NCBI GenBank assembly: GCA_964600575.1
Contig: CAZRJH010000004.1
Coordinates: 6,711 to 70,710 of the forward strand
Direction: 5' to 3'
Source: an uncultured Gammaproteobacteria bacterium
Lineage (GTDB): Bacteria > Patescibacteriota > Microgenomatia > UBA8517
Length of the DNA stretch: 64,000 bases
The notes below the pieces were generated by a model. The model had not been told where the DNA came from. It ran no database searches and saw only the letters and a program-made list of their open reading frames with translations. Shown here one piece after another: positions 55,091 to 64,000 of this stretch. A program made the position numbers and the translations under genes. Numbering within the stretch: the first letter of the stretch is position 1; each line of letters begins with the position of its first letter.

Positions 55091-56353
55091 ATGTGTGGAA
55101 GTTTTTTAGGAAGTGATAAAGTATTATATTCGAAAGTACGAATGCATAAACAATTTATTTACAACTTTTTGTTCGTAATTTTTGCCTCGGTTTTAATATT
55201 TGGAGGATTGGTTCAAACTTTTGGCGGTAGCTTTTACCCGGAATTGTCTTATCTAAATAAAAAAAATCTTCAGTTTTCGGATTTACAAAAATTTTTTAAA
55301 CAAATGGCAGACAAAAAAGGAGCATTGTATGCCTTCAGTGCTTTAAAAATTGCAAAACTACCTCCAAATACAGATGTTCACCTTTTGGGCCATACGATTG
55401 GGGACATTCTTTACAAACAAAAAGGTCTCGACGGGATAAAGTACTGTACCCAGGATTTTAGGAACTCTTGCTCTCACTCAATAGTTGTAGGTCTTTTTGT
55501 AGAAAGAGGATCGTCTGCACTGGATGATATTGCAGAAGTTTGCCGTACCGCACCGGGTGGGACTGGGGCATATGGTATGTGTTTCCATGGTTTAGGGCAC
55601 GGAATACTCGCCTTTGCCGGGTATAATATGGAAAAGGCTGTAGAACTTTGCAGAAAGGCGGGCACAGAACAAACAGGTTATATAGAAACTGCAGAGTGTG
55701 TTGGGGGTGTCGTTATGGAGATGGTTGCTGGTGTTCATGACAAATCTGCTTGGGAGAAGGAGCGCGGAAAATACCTTTTGTCGACCAAACCTCTATCTCC
55801 TTGTACAGAGCCTTTTGTACCTGCGGTTGCCAAGCCAAACTGCTTCCTTTATATAACCCCTCATCTTTGGGAGGCTGCCGGTGGAGATTTGGGTAATCCT
55901 ACGGATGCTGTCTTTTCAAAATCCTTTGCATACTGTGAACAACTCAAAGGCGAAAACGCGGTTTATAAAGAACTATGTTATGGCGGTTTTGGAAAAGAGT
56001 TTGTCGGTCTTGCGCAGTCGCGTGACATTAGAAATATCGGGGCAATGGGAGAAGCGGAGCTTGGCCTTGTTTATAAATGGTGTAATCTGGCGGGTAATAT
56101 GTTTGGTATAAAGAGTTGTGTTAAGCAAGCAATAAACTCACTATATTGGGGCGGGGAAAACGAGTTGGGTGCCACAATAAAATTTTGTGGTATTGTGACG
56201 GATGAAGAGATCAAAGAGTCCTGCTTTAATCATGTTATTGGTTCTTTTAGGTTTTATCAAAGGTCGAACCCTAAGAAACTAGAACAAAGTTGTAAAAATC
56301 TTCCGGAACCATACAACTTGAGATGTGTTGATCCGGGTTTTATTGAAAAATGA
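55091..56353 (+). CDS. Exported Cys/His-rich repeat protein, paralogue 2 of 8
   Basis: Motifs MCFHGLGHGILAFAG and ECVGGVVMEMVAG. The likely true start is the internal Met at about 55142 (MHKQFIYNFLF...). Confidence 0.6.
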   Translation: MCGSFLGSDKVLYSKVRMHKQFIYNFLFVIFASVLIFGGLVQTFGGSFYPELSYLNKKNLQFSDLQKFFKQMADKKGALYAFSALKIAKLPPNTDVHLLGHTIGDILYKQKGLDGIKYCTQDFRNSCSHSIVVGLFVERGSSALDDIAEVCRTAPGGTGAYGMCFHGLGHGILAFAGYNMEKAVELCRKAGTEQTGYIETAECVGGVVMEMVAGVHDKSAWEKERGKYLLSTKPLSPCTEPFVPAVAKPNCFLYITPHLWEAAGGDLGNPTDAVFSKSFAYCEQLKGENAVYKELCYGGFGKEFVGLAQSRDIRNIGAMGEAELGLVYKWCNLAGNMFGIKSCVKQAINSLYWGGENELGATIKFCGIVTDEEIKESCFNHVIGSFRFYQRSNPKKLEQSCKNLPEPYNLRCVDPGFIEK

Positions 56354-57519
56354 AGATTAAAACGGTTAGCGGATTGTTGCTCCTGACATTTTTTTATTTT
56401 GCCTTTTGGAGCAAGCCATTGACGGGAAATATTGATCGTAGATTACAACAATGCAAAAAAAGTGACCAAATCTGTTACAAGAATATGATTGTAGAGGCCT
56501 TTGATAAATATGGTCTCAGCAGGTCTTTAGATTTGGTGGATAAAATTTACTCTAGAGATTCAACGTTTGGTTCTACTTGTCACGATATTGGCCATCTTTT
56601 GGGGTCCAAAACATTTAAACTTTTTAAACAAGGAAAAGATTTTGAGATTACGTCAAAGGTAGCTTTCTGCTCCTACGGCTTTTATCACGGATTTATGGAA
56701 ATCTTAGCATCGGAAGGAGATGTCAAAAGGGCCAGAGATTTTTGTAAATATGTGGACAGCCGAGTTTCCAAAGAGACACCCGACGCCACTTTGCAATGCT
56801 TTCATGGGATAGGGCATGGTTGGGTGAATATTCACGGTGATAAAGCTTTGGTTGGTAACGATTTAGGAATAGCTAAAAAAGGCTTAAGCTTATGTCGGGA
56901 GGTTGCATCCACCGATTCGGAATTAAGCCGTTGTGCAACGGGAGTTTTCAACGGACTGTCGGTTTTTTACGCAAACGAAGAATATGGTTTAAAAATCAAC
57001 AAAAGCGACCCTATGTGGATTTGTAAAAAAGTTGAAAAAGAATTTCAAGACCCTTGTTATGTGAGTATGAATGCTATTTTATTTTCAATAACCGGCGGCG
57101 ATTTTAGAAGCTCTGCAAAATATATCGAATCGATAGATGACGATGTTGTAGCATCACACGCCATGATAAATTTGTCATTGCCCTTTAGTCTTTCGGAGAT
57201 CAACAATAACGACCATTCTAAAAGCGTGGCCGTTTGTAAAAGTCTTCAGGATCGTTTGATTATCCCTTGTTTTCAAGGGTTTGCATTTGCCTTTATGGAA
57301 CACGGAGAACCCGGCAAAGAATATGTTAGAGCGGTTGAGTTTTGTAAGGTAAACGGTTTGACGGATAAAGAAGAAAAAGGATGTCTGTCCTATATCTATT
57401 CTTATATGGCCCAATGGTATCCAAAGGAAAAGGCTTATTCTATATGCCGGTCAGAAAACGGGTATGAACAATTGTGTAAAGAAAAATTGGAAGAAGGAAT
57501 TAATGGACTCCCTAAATGA
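56350..57519 (+). CDS. Exported Cys/His-rich repeat protein, paralogue 3 of 8
   Basis: Motifs CHDIGHLLG, FCSYGFYHGFM, CFHGIGHGWV and CATGVFNGLSVFY. Start overlaps the upstream stop by 4 nt. Confidence 0.65.
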   Translation: MKIKTVSGLLLLTFFYFAFWSKPLTGNIDRRLQQCKKSDQICYKNMIVEAFDKYGLSRSLDLVDKIYSRDSTFGSTCHDIGHLLGSKTFKLFKQGKDFEITSKVAFCSYGFYHGFMEILASEGDVKRARDFCKYVDSRVSKETPDATLQCFHGIGHGWVNIHGDKALVGNDLGIAKKGLSLCREVASTDSELSRCATGVFNGLSVFYANEEYGLKINKSDPMWICKKVEKEFQDPCYVSMNAILFSITGGDFRSSAKYIESIDDDVVASHAMINLSLPFSLSEINNNDHSKSVAVCKSLQDRLIIPCFQGFAFAFMEHGEPGKEYVRAVEFCKVNGLTDKEEKGCLSYIYSYMAQWYPKEKAYSICRSENGYEQLCKEKLEEGINGLPK

Positions 57520-58676
57520 AAAAAATAATGGTCGTTCTCAGTTTAATAATTTTATTAGGGTATTTTGCTGTATCAAAAGAATGGCCAAAGGTTAATCTTT
57601 CCTTGGACAAAATATCCAAAGCAATCATCTACAAATGTGCAGACGCTAATACTAAAAGCGTTTGTTACGAAGAAGAGATTCCGAAATTAACAAATGTCTT
57701 AACAATGGAACAGACATTTGATGTTACTGGAGTTATTCAATCAAAAGTTGCCGATTTTCCTTACTGTCATGTTTTGGGTCATAAGTTGGCGAGCATTGAG
57801 ACAAAAAAGGATCCCTCTCAATGGAAAAGTGTTATGGCACGTTGCCCGGCAGGGACTTGTTCCAATGGCTGTGTTCACGGAGCATTTCAGGAAAGATACA
57901 AATACGAAGACCTTTCCAAAGCGGAGTTCGTCTTAGCTAAAAAAGACTTTGAAACAGTTTGCGAAAAAAGCGATTCGTTTAATCCCACAGGTCTTGAACA
58001 AGGCAGTTGTTATCATGCCCTTGGGCATTTGATGATGTATCTTACCAACGCAGACATAAAAGAATCGGTAATTGCCTGCGACGAAGTGGCTCTTAAAAGT
58101 GACGGAAGAGATTTTAGGAATGTTTGTTATGCCGGGGCATTTATGCAGATATATCAACCCCTAGACACAGACGATAAATCTCTTGTAAGTAAGTTTAACT
58201 TAAACTCGGAAAACTCCTGGCAATTTTGCTCAACTTTTGAAGAGTCAAAAAGAAACGCCTGCTGGGAAGAGTCCTGGCCGGTTTTTCTTCAACAAATTAG
58301 TGTCGGGCGGGGGCTATTGGATTTTTGTGGGATGCTTGGAACGGGAAGTGAAAAGTGCGTAAGAGACCTATTGTATATAATGCCGATTCAATTTAGATTT
58401 GACTACAAATCAATTTGGACTTTCTGCAAGGGCCTTACTCAAAAATACCAAGGACAGTGTTTTGCTATGACAGCCTCAAGAATTTTGGAAATCGATAAAA
58501 GAAACGGGCAAAAAACCATCGACTTTTGTATGTCTCTAGATACTACAGATAAAGATGTTTGTCTAAATCAGCTACTTACCGATTTGCGTTTTGATTTCAC
58601 TTTTGGTTCTCCGGGATACAATTCTGTTTGCGACAAATTACCGGAACCTTGGAAATCTAGATGTTTTTCAAAATGA
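57516..58676 (+). CDS. Exported Cys/His-rich repeat protein, paralogue 4 of 8
   Basis: Motifs CHVLGHKLA, CVHGAFQERY and CYHALGHLMMYL. Start overlaps the upstream stop by 4 nt. Confidence 0.65.
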   Translation: MKKIMVVLSLIILLGYFAVSKEWPKVNLSLDKISKAIIYKCADANTKSVCYEEEIPKLTNVLTMEQTFDVTGVIQSKVADFPYCHVLGHKLASIETKKDPSQWKSVMARCPAGTCSNGCVHGAFQERYKYEDLSKAEFVLAKKDFETVCEKSDSFNPTGLEQGSCYHALGHLMMYLTNADIKESVIACDEVALKSDGRDFRNVCYAGAFMQIYQPLDTDDKSLVSKFNLNSENSWQFCSTFEESKRNACWEESWPVFLQQISVGRGLLDFCGMLGTGSEKCVRDLLYIMPIQFRFDYKSIWTFCKGLTQKYQGQCFAMTASRILEIDKRNGQKTIDFCMSLDTTDKDVCLNQLLTDLRFDFTFGSPGYNSVCDKLPEPWKSRCFSK

Positions 58677-60088
58677 GTAGGCGAAACATTTTTATTTTCT
58701 TCATCACAATCTTCGTTTTAGCTTTAAATGTAAAACTCAAATACAGAGTGGAATTGAAATCTAATGGATATCAACCTTCTGAAATAACTATAAAAAAAGG
58801 AGATAGTGTTAAATTCTTTTCCGAATATTCATCTTTCTGGCCTGCATCCAACCCCCACCCAAATCATACGCAGAGTCCGGATTTTGATCCCAAAAGGGCA
58901 ACAGCAAAAGACAAAAGCTGGGATTTTACCTTTGATAAAGCCGGAGTATATACATATCACGATCATTTGAACCCTTTTTATAAAGGCAAAATCAAAGTTG
59001 TCGAAACTAATCTATTTGTTTATTTAAAAAACAAATTCGCAAATTTTACGAGAGTTAGTTTTGAAAAACACGATTCGCAATACATAAACAAAGTTTCCGT
59101 TTTGTGCAAAGGCGAAGAATGGGAGGAACGAAAAAATCTTATTGATTGTTGGAATTCATATTTTTCGGAACTTGTTAAAGACTTTGGTCCAAATGAAAGT
59201 TTACGGATACTTGATGCACTTACCACAGGAGGTTTTGTATCGTTATCTGATTGCCACAACTTTGCAGATCAGATTGGTTCAGACTCATATTGGCAGAAGG
59301 TGTCGGGTAAATCTTTTACTTTCGATGATACTTTTGGAATTTGCAGTTACGGTTTTTTCCACGGCTTTATGTTGGAAGATGTAAGCCACGGCCAAGATTT
59401 TGAAGCTTCATTCAAACTTTGTAACAAGTTGGCAAATTATGGGGAAAATATGGTTAATGAATGTTTTGTAGGGGTGGGCAACGGGTTGGCATATTATTTT
59501 TGGAATACTTTGGGCGAAGATGTGGTGTCGATAGTTGGTAAATCAAAAAGCGTCTGTGAGTCGGTGGGTAAATATAAAGATTCATGTGTTTACGGTGTAT
59601 ACGGCGGCATGGAGCACTTGTATCTTAAGATACACGGGTCCAGTTTGTCTATCGATCAGACGAACCCTTATTTTGTGTGTTCTAAGGAATTGGGTGATAA
59701 GTATTTGCCATATTGTTACGAAAAGATAGACAGGCCTCTTTTTTCCGATTTAAATTTTGATATTGTCAAGATCGCGTCTTGGATAAACAAGATTCCGAAC
59801 CAAGAAATAAGAAAAGCAGAGGCAAAAAGCATCGGAAACTTTGTCAGCCAGTTTTGGATCTATAAGGACGAAGCTGATTTTGTACTTGCCAAGAGCAAAT
59901 GTTATGAATTTAGAGGTATTCTTTATTCCAGCTGTTTGGAAGGTGTTTTTGAAGGAATTTTGTCTAATTTAAATGAGTCCGGGAGGGCGGATGAGTTTAA
60001 GTGTTTAGGCAAAAGTCTCACGAGTTCTGAGATAAATATTTGCTTATTAAAAAAGAAAGAAACTATCGAAGCTGTCAAAACGTTTTAA
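58661..60088 (+). CDS. Exported protein: N-terminal His-rich cupredoxin-like beta domain plus Cys/His-rich repeat domain, paralogue 5 of 8
   Basis: N-terminal domain KKGDSVKFFSEYSSFWPASNPHPNHT...YTYHDHLNPFYKGKIKVV, then CHNFADQIG, CSYGFFHGFM, CFVGVGNGLAYYFW and CVYGVYGGMEHLY. Confidence 0.65.
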   Translation: MFFKMSRRNIFIFFITIFVLALNVKLKYRVELKSNGYQPSEITIKKGDSVKFFSEYSSFWPASNPHPNHTQSPDFDPKRATAKDKSWDFTFDKAGVYTYHDHLNPFYKGKIKVVETNLFVYLKNKFANFTRVSFEKHDSQYINKVSVLCKGEEWEERKNLIDCWNSYFSELVKDFGPNESLRILDALTTGGFVSLSDCHNFADQIGSDSYWQKVSGKSFTFDDTFGICSYGFFHGFMLEDVSHGQDFEASFKLCNKLANYGENMVNECFVGVGNGLAYYFWNTLGEDVVSIVGKSKSVCESVGKYKDSCVYGVYGGMEHLYLKIHGSSLSIDQTNPYFVCSKELGDKYLPYCYEKIDRPLFSDLNFDIVKIASWINKIPNQEIRKAEAKSIGNFVSQFWIYKDEADFVLAKSKCYEFRGILYSSCLEGVFEGILSNLNESGRADEFKCLGKSLTSSEINICLLKKKETIEAVKTF

Positions 60089-60091
60089 ATC

Positions 60092-61516
60092 ATGGCAAAA
60101 AAAATACTAACATCTTTTTTGATTGTGTGTGCTGTTGTTTTCGCGGTAATTATTGTTTACCAACCTCGTTTAGAGGTGGTTCGAATGACTCCTTCCGGGT
60201 TTGCCCCTTCGTACTTAACAGTCATCAAAGGACAGTCTGTTAAATTTGTTTCGGATGGTGCTTTGTTTTGGCCCGCCAGCGATCCGCACCCAAATCATAC
60301 GAATTTTTCGGAATTTGACCCCAAAAGTCCGATAAAAGACGGCGATTCCTGGACATTCAAATTTAGTAAGTCCGGTTTCTTTGAATATCACAACCATTTA
60401 GAACCAAGCTCAAGGGGTGCGGTTAAGGTTATCGAGACGAACCCTGTTGACTACGCTTTAATACACATCAAAGATTTATATAATAAGTTTTTTGTAAAAC
60501 ACGATATTAAATATGCGATCTCGCTAGAAGAAATGTGCTCGAAATTAAGAGAAGATAGGGTTAAATATATAGAATGTTGGTCGGAAACCTTTACTAACAT
60601 TACTCGTGACTTTGGTGTTACGGAGGCAGTTAAGACTCTGAGTCTTGTTAATTCTTCGTCCGGAATAACATTGGGCGATTGTCACTTGATAGCAGACCAA
60701 ATAGGCACAGATGCTTATTGGCAGTTTTCTTCCGGAAAAAAATTTGAATTTACAAAAGATTTCGCCTTATGTGATTTTGGATTTTTCCATCACTTTATGT
60801 CGGAACATGTGAGTCATGGCCAAGACTTTTTGGGATCGGAGACTTTGTGTTCATCTCTCGACGAAACTCTGGTTGATCAATGTTTTTTTGGTTTAGGTAA
60901 CGGTCTGGCCTATTATTTTTGGGGGATTTATCCGACAAGTTCTGATTTAATAGTTTCTAAAGGTCTTGGGGTTTGTAAAAAACTGCAAACGAACGGCAGA
61001 ACATGTGCTTTAGGTGTATATAGCGGGATTGATCACTTGTTCGAGGGTAAACATGGGTCGGAGTTGGTGGTAGATATCAAAGATCCGTTCTCTTTTTGCA
61101 GGATGCAACCTGATCGCGATCTGGCTATATCCTGTTACGAAAGAATGATTCCTTCGATATCTCATGTTTTAGGTAAAGAATCTAGCCAAAATGCAAAAGT
61201 GCTAATTTCTTGGGTTTACAAGATGCCATATTTTGCAAGACAGGCTTCTATGAGACGATTGGGAATAATGTTATCCGAGGAAGAATCGGTAAAAGTTAAT
61301 CCGATCCCAAATAAGGCGTTAGATATTTGCAGAAACCAAGCGGGTGTATATTCGGGTGAATGTGAATGGGGGGTGTTTTATAATGTATTTCTAAATGGAG
61401 CTTCGGCAACAAGCGAATTTTACGGAAAAGATTGTGAAAGTTTTGGAAGCTTGAAGGATGAGGAAAAAACGAGATGTCAGGACGCCTATGATTCAACTGT
61501 AGATTTTAGAAAATGA
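60092..61516 (+). CDS. Exported protein: His-rich cupredoxin-like domain plus Cys/His-rich repeat domain, paralogue 6 of 8
   Basis: N-terminal domain KGQSVKFVSDGALFWPASDPHPNHT...FEYHNHLEPSSRGAVKVI, then CHLIADQIG, CDFGFFHHFM, CFFGLGNGLAYYFW and CALGVYSGIDHLF. Confidence 0.65.
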   Translation: MAKKILTSFLIVCAVVFAVIIVYQPRLEVVRMTPSGFAPSYLTVIKGQSVKFVSDGALFWPASDPHPNHTNFSEFDPKSPIKDGDSWTFKFSKSGFFEYHNHLEPSSRGAVKVIETNPVDYALIHIKDLYNKFFVKHDIKYAISLEEMCSKLREDRVKYIECWSETFTNITRDFGVTEAVKTLSLVNSSSGITLGDCHLIADQIGTDAYWQFSSGKKFEFTKDFALCDFGFFHHFMSEHVSHGQDFLGSETLCSSLDETLVDQCFFGLGNGLAYYFWGIYPTSSDLIVSKGLGVCKKLQTNGRTCALGVYSGIDHLFEGKHGSELVVDIKDPFSFCRMQPDRDLAISCYERMIPSISHVLGKESSQNAKVLISWVYKMPYFARQASMRRLGIMLSEEESVKVNPIPNKALDICRNQAGVYSGECEWGVFYNVFLNGASATSEFYGKDCESFGSLKDEEKTRCQDAYDSTVDFRK

Positions 61517-62790
61517 ATAACCGCAATAAAATTATATTAATATCAATTGCAACCCTTGGCGTCTTATTGGGGATTTTAATCACCAACTACAAAGCAGGTA
61601 GCGGAAAGGCAAAAACACATATTGTCACTTATAATTCCAAAGGTTTTAACCCCAGCACCCTAACCGTTGCTAAAGGAGATAGGATTGAGTTTAAAAACGA
61701 GACGAAAGAATTGTTTTGGCCCGCCAGCGATCCTCACCCTTTACATAGTTTATATCCGGAATTCGATCCGAAGGAGCCGGTGGATGCAGGATCTAATTGG
61801 ACGTTTAAACCTGTTAAAACCGGGGTTTGGAAATTTCACGATCACCTGTTTCCGAGCAACCGCGGAGTTTTGACTGTTCTTTCAAGTGAGAACGCCGATA
61901 TTGCAGGAAGGGTGTTAAAAAGGGACGAGATAAAGTCGTTGATAAGTAAAAAAGGTACAGAAGACGCATATAGCTATCTAAAATCTATTTATGATCCTTC
62001 CACATCTTTTGCTCATTCCACATTTCATTTATTTGGTGAATTGCTTTTTGATAAGCTTGGAACAAGAGGAATAGAGCTTTGTGATAATTTTGGGGGCTTT
62101 GGTTGTTACCATGGGCTTTTTGTAAAGGCAGTTGCCCAAAGGGGGATAGAAACAGCCGTCGAGTTAGATAGGATTTGTGTGGAAAAATTCGGCGTACAAG
62201 GTTTGGGATGCCCTCATGGTATAGGACACGGCCTGGTTGAATACTTTGGCCTTGGAAAAGTAAATGAGGCTCTTAGTGTTTGCCAAAAACTTTCTTGGAA
62301 AGGGATGTTATTTGGCTGTCAAGGCGGCGTATTTATGGAAAACAATTTTCCTACGATTTTTGACAAAGAAGGGATAGGAAATGTTCAAACAAGAGAGGCA
62401 CATGGAAATTTACTACAACCTTGTTTGGATGTTGACCCCGTCTTTCGCCCTGCTTGCTATTTTGAACAAGCTTCATGGTGGAACAACGTACTAAAGCATG
62501 ACTTTCAAAAGATTGGAAACTTTTGCAACTCACTTAAAAATCAAAATGAATACGAAAGCTGTTTGATGGGAGCTGGTAATACCGCAGCCGAAACCTCGCA
62601 TTACAACAAAGAGTCGGTTGTCGACTCCTGCAAACAAGTATATGGAACCAAATCTCAGGCGCTTTGTAGGGCAGGCGGATCCTGGGCATTTTTTGCAAAT
62701 CCGGAGAAAAGAAACGAATCTGAATCTTTGTGTACAGACTTGGGTATCTATTCTGATTTGTGTTTGTCAAAACGGGTAATTGTTAAATAG
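61513..62790 (+). CDS. Exported protein: His-rich cupredoxin-like domain plus Cys/His-rich repeat domain, paralogue 7 of 8
   Basis: N-terminal domain KGDRIEFKNETKELFWPASDPHPLHS...WKFHDHLFPSNRGVLTV, then CYHGLF, CPHGIGHGLVEYFG and CQGGVFMENNFP. Confidence 0.65.
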   Translation: MNNRNKIILISIATLGVLLGILITNYKAGSGKAKTHIVTYNSKGFNPSTLTVAKGDRIEFKNETKELFWPASDPHPLHSLYPEFDPKEPVDAGSNWTFKPVKTGVWKFHDHLFPSNRGVLTVLSSENADIAGRVLKRDEIKSLISKKGTEDAYSYLKSIYDPSTSFAHSTFHLFGELLFDKLGTRGIELCDNFGGFGCYHGLFVKAVAQRGIETAVELDRICVEKFGVQGLGCPHGIGHGLVEYFGLGKVNEALSVCQKLSWKGMLFGCQGGVFMENNFPTIFDKEGIGNVQTREAHGNLLQPCLDVDPVFRPACYFEQASWWNNVLKHDFQKIGNFCNSLKNQNEYESCLMGAGNTAAETSHYNKESVVDSCKQVYGTKSQALCRAGGSWAFFANPEKRNESESLCTDLGIYSDLCLSKRVIVK

Positions 62791-62791
62791 G

Positions 62792-64000
62792 ATGAATTCT
62801 TCTAAAAAGTTGATTTTTTTCTTCGTGTTGGTGATTCTTTTGTCGATGTTATATGTTTTTTTGGGAACAAAAAAAACAAGAAATTATGAAGTTAAATACA
62901 CGAATAGAGGCTTCATGCCTGCAAAGCTAGATTTAAAAAACGGCGATGTTGTTACTTTTGTAAACAATTCCGATTTGTACTTCTGGCCTGCAAGTGATCT
63001 TCATCCATCTCATCTTTTATATCCGGAATTTGATCCCAAAAAGGCTTTGGAAAAAGGTGAAACTTGGAAGTTTGTTTTTAGAAAAAGTGGTACTTGGGGA
63101 TTTCATGATCACTTAGACCCAACAAAAAGGGGTGAAATAAAAATAGGTGATGATTTTATAATCAAATTTTTTGTTAATTCGGTAGACTCGCTGAAAAGAG
63201 CCAAAGTTTTCCTAACTGGCAGGAAAACTTTTTTTGACGGAAAGATAAAAAGTTGTCCAAGTGGGGTGGATTTTGAAACTGGGAGAAGATGTTGGGAAGC
63301 AGCAATATCGGAAGTTAAAAGACTTTTTGGAGTTCAAGCCTCATTTGATTTTTTGAAAGAAGCAATTTCTAAAAATCCTGAAATTATGGGTACCTGCCAT
63401 TATTATTCTGAGTATATCGGGTTTTTGGTTTACGAAGACTATTTTAAAGGTGATAGCCCCAAAGTTTACGAGTCGGCGGAAATTTGCGGCTACGGTTTCT
63501 ATCATGCGTTGTTGCAGGAATGGGTTAGCCATAACAAAAACATTTCGGAGTCTAAAGACTATTGCGAAAGCTTAGAAAAAATTCCCAATCTAAATTTTAG
63601 TAAAGGAAACTGTATTCAAGGAGTTGGTATAGGCTTGACCTTTATGAATGCATCAAGCTTTTACGGGGAGGACGAAAAAATCATATCTAAGTCACTGGAA
63701 GATTGTAGTTTGGCATTCAAAGATGCCGTTTACAACAGCTTGTGTAGCGATGGTGTTTTTTCGGGACTTGCTCATTTGTATTTTGGAGACCATGGCATTT
63801 CGTTGTCAACCGACGATAATAATCCTTTTTGGGTCTGTAATAAATTTAAAGGCGACATTAAGACAAAGTGCTATTTATATAACACCGAGGTAGTTTATTA
63901 CAGATTAAACAAAGATTTTAACAGGACAGTAGATTTTATAATCAAGTCAGCGAATAGAGAGGTTATAAACAAGTCGTTGGAAAGATTGGGCACGACATTG
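62792..64000 (+). CDS. Exported protein: His-rich cupredoxin-like domain plus Cys/His-rich repeat domain, paralogue 8 of 8 (3' end outside window)
   Basis: Open frame from the ATG at 62792 to the window end (403 codons, no stop). Motifs FWPASDLHPSH...FHDHLDPTKRGEIKI, then CHYYSEYIG, CGYGFYHALL, CIQGVGIGL and CSDGVFSGLAHLY. Not in the ORF track because it lacks a stop. Confidence 0.6.
   Translation, partial: MNSSKKLIFFFVLVILLSMLYVFLGTKKTRNYEVKYTNRGFMPAKLDLKNGDVVTFVNNSDLYFWPASDLHPSHLLYPEFDPKKALEKGETWKFVFRKSGTWGFHDHLDPTKRGEIKIGDDFIIKFFVNSVDSLKRAKVFLTGRKTFFDGKIKSCPSGVDFETGRRCWEAAISEVKRLFGVQASFDFLKEAISKNPEIMGTCHYYSEYIGFLVYEDYFKGDSPKVYESAEICGYGFYHALLQEWVSHNKNISESKDYCESLEKIPNLNFSKGNCIQGVGIGLTFMNASSFYGEDEKIISKSLEDCSLAFKDAVYNSLCSDGVFSGLAHLYFGDHGISLSTDDNNPFWVCNKFKGDIKTKCYLYNTEVVYYRLNKDFNRTVDFIIKSANREVINKSLERLGTTL

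Noticed and set aside
55091-55141. The ATG at 55091 as the start of paralogue 2 (MCGSFLGSDKVLYSKVR...)
   Set aside because: The hydrophobic signal anchor begins at the internal Met (MHKQFIYNFLFVIFASVL...), which is the more likely start. The gene itself is retained.
1-64000. Possibility that TGA is recoded (genetic code 25/4), prompted by the in-frame TGA in the four-helix-bundle gene
   Set aside because: Very long ORFs (981, 1237, 894 and 816 aa and many others) contain no TGA. Several genes terminate with TGA at expected positions, for example the ORFs ending at 3416 and 11302. Standard code 11 fits, and the single TGA is best explained as a CGA->TGA nonsense mutation.
1-64000. CRISPR array or cas genes
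   Set aside because: No array of regularly spaced direct repeats was found. The only short repeats are the TAGGG-type palindromes and the AATTGATATATTT doublet at about 23765-23800.

Overview
This is a low-GC (about 35-40%), gene-dense bacterial window, most likely from an uncultivated or candidate-phylum-type organism: it has many exported or membrane proteins and giant Ser/Thr/Gly-rich proteins. TGA is used as a stop codon. I recognise the following.

- **Cell-envelope glycosylation (positions 1-3177).** A glycosyltransferase family 2 (GT2) gene tail sits next to a YfhO-like polytopic membrane protein.
- **Unassigned gene block (3416-5771).** Three hypothetical genes with higher GC lie between a bidirectional terminator and the promoter of rho.
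- **Housekeeping and envelope genes.** These are rho, a LysM/M23 peptidase, a tRNA (probably Ala-CGC) with a duplicated 5' segment, and a Fic-like gene.
- **Tat locus.** It has four tatA paralogues and one tatC.
- **Interrupted four-helix-bundle gene.** A '23S rRNA IVS protein' family gene is disrupted by a CGA->TGA nonsense codon and flanked by TAGGG-rich inverted repeats.
- **Minus-strand block (17477-32118).** A 14.6 kb block encodes a beta-helix tail-fibre-like protein and three giant proteins without signal peptides, two of them clear paralogues, with a histidine kinase and a CheY-like receiver embedded between them. A DegT aminotransferase, a GNAT acetyltransferase and a TPR-GT41 (OGT-like) glycosylation module sit next to it.
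- **Signalling cluster (35616-43838).** It contains an FNR-like reductase fused to PAS, and a second two-component system.
- **Tandem 2-TM/SH3b paralogues, an O-antigen-ligase with TPR, and a VKOR homologue.**
- **Tandem array (51924-64000).** Eight paralogous exported Cys/His-rich repeat proteins, four with an N-terminal His-rich cupredoxin-like domain, interrupted by a Hint (intein-like) domain protein.

The Cys/His-rich array and the giant-protein block are the best candidates for undescribed systems. No CRISPR, rRNA, integrase or transposase is evident.
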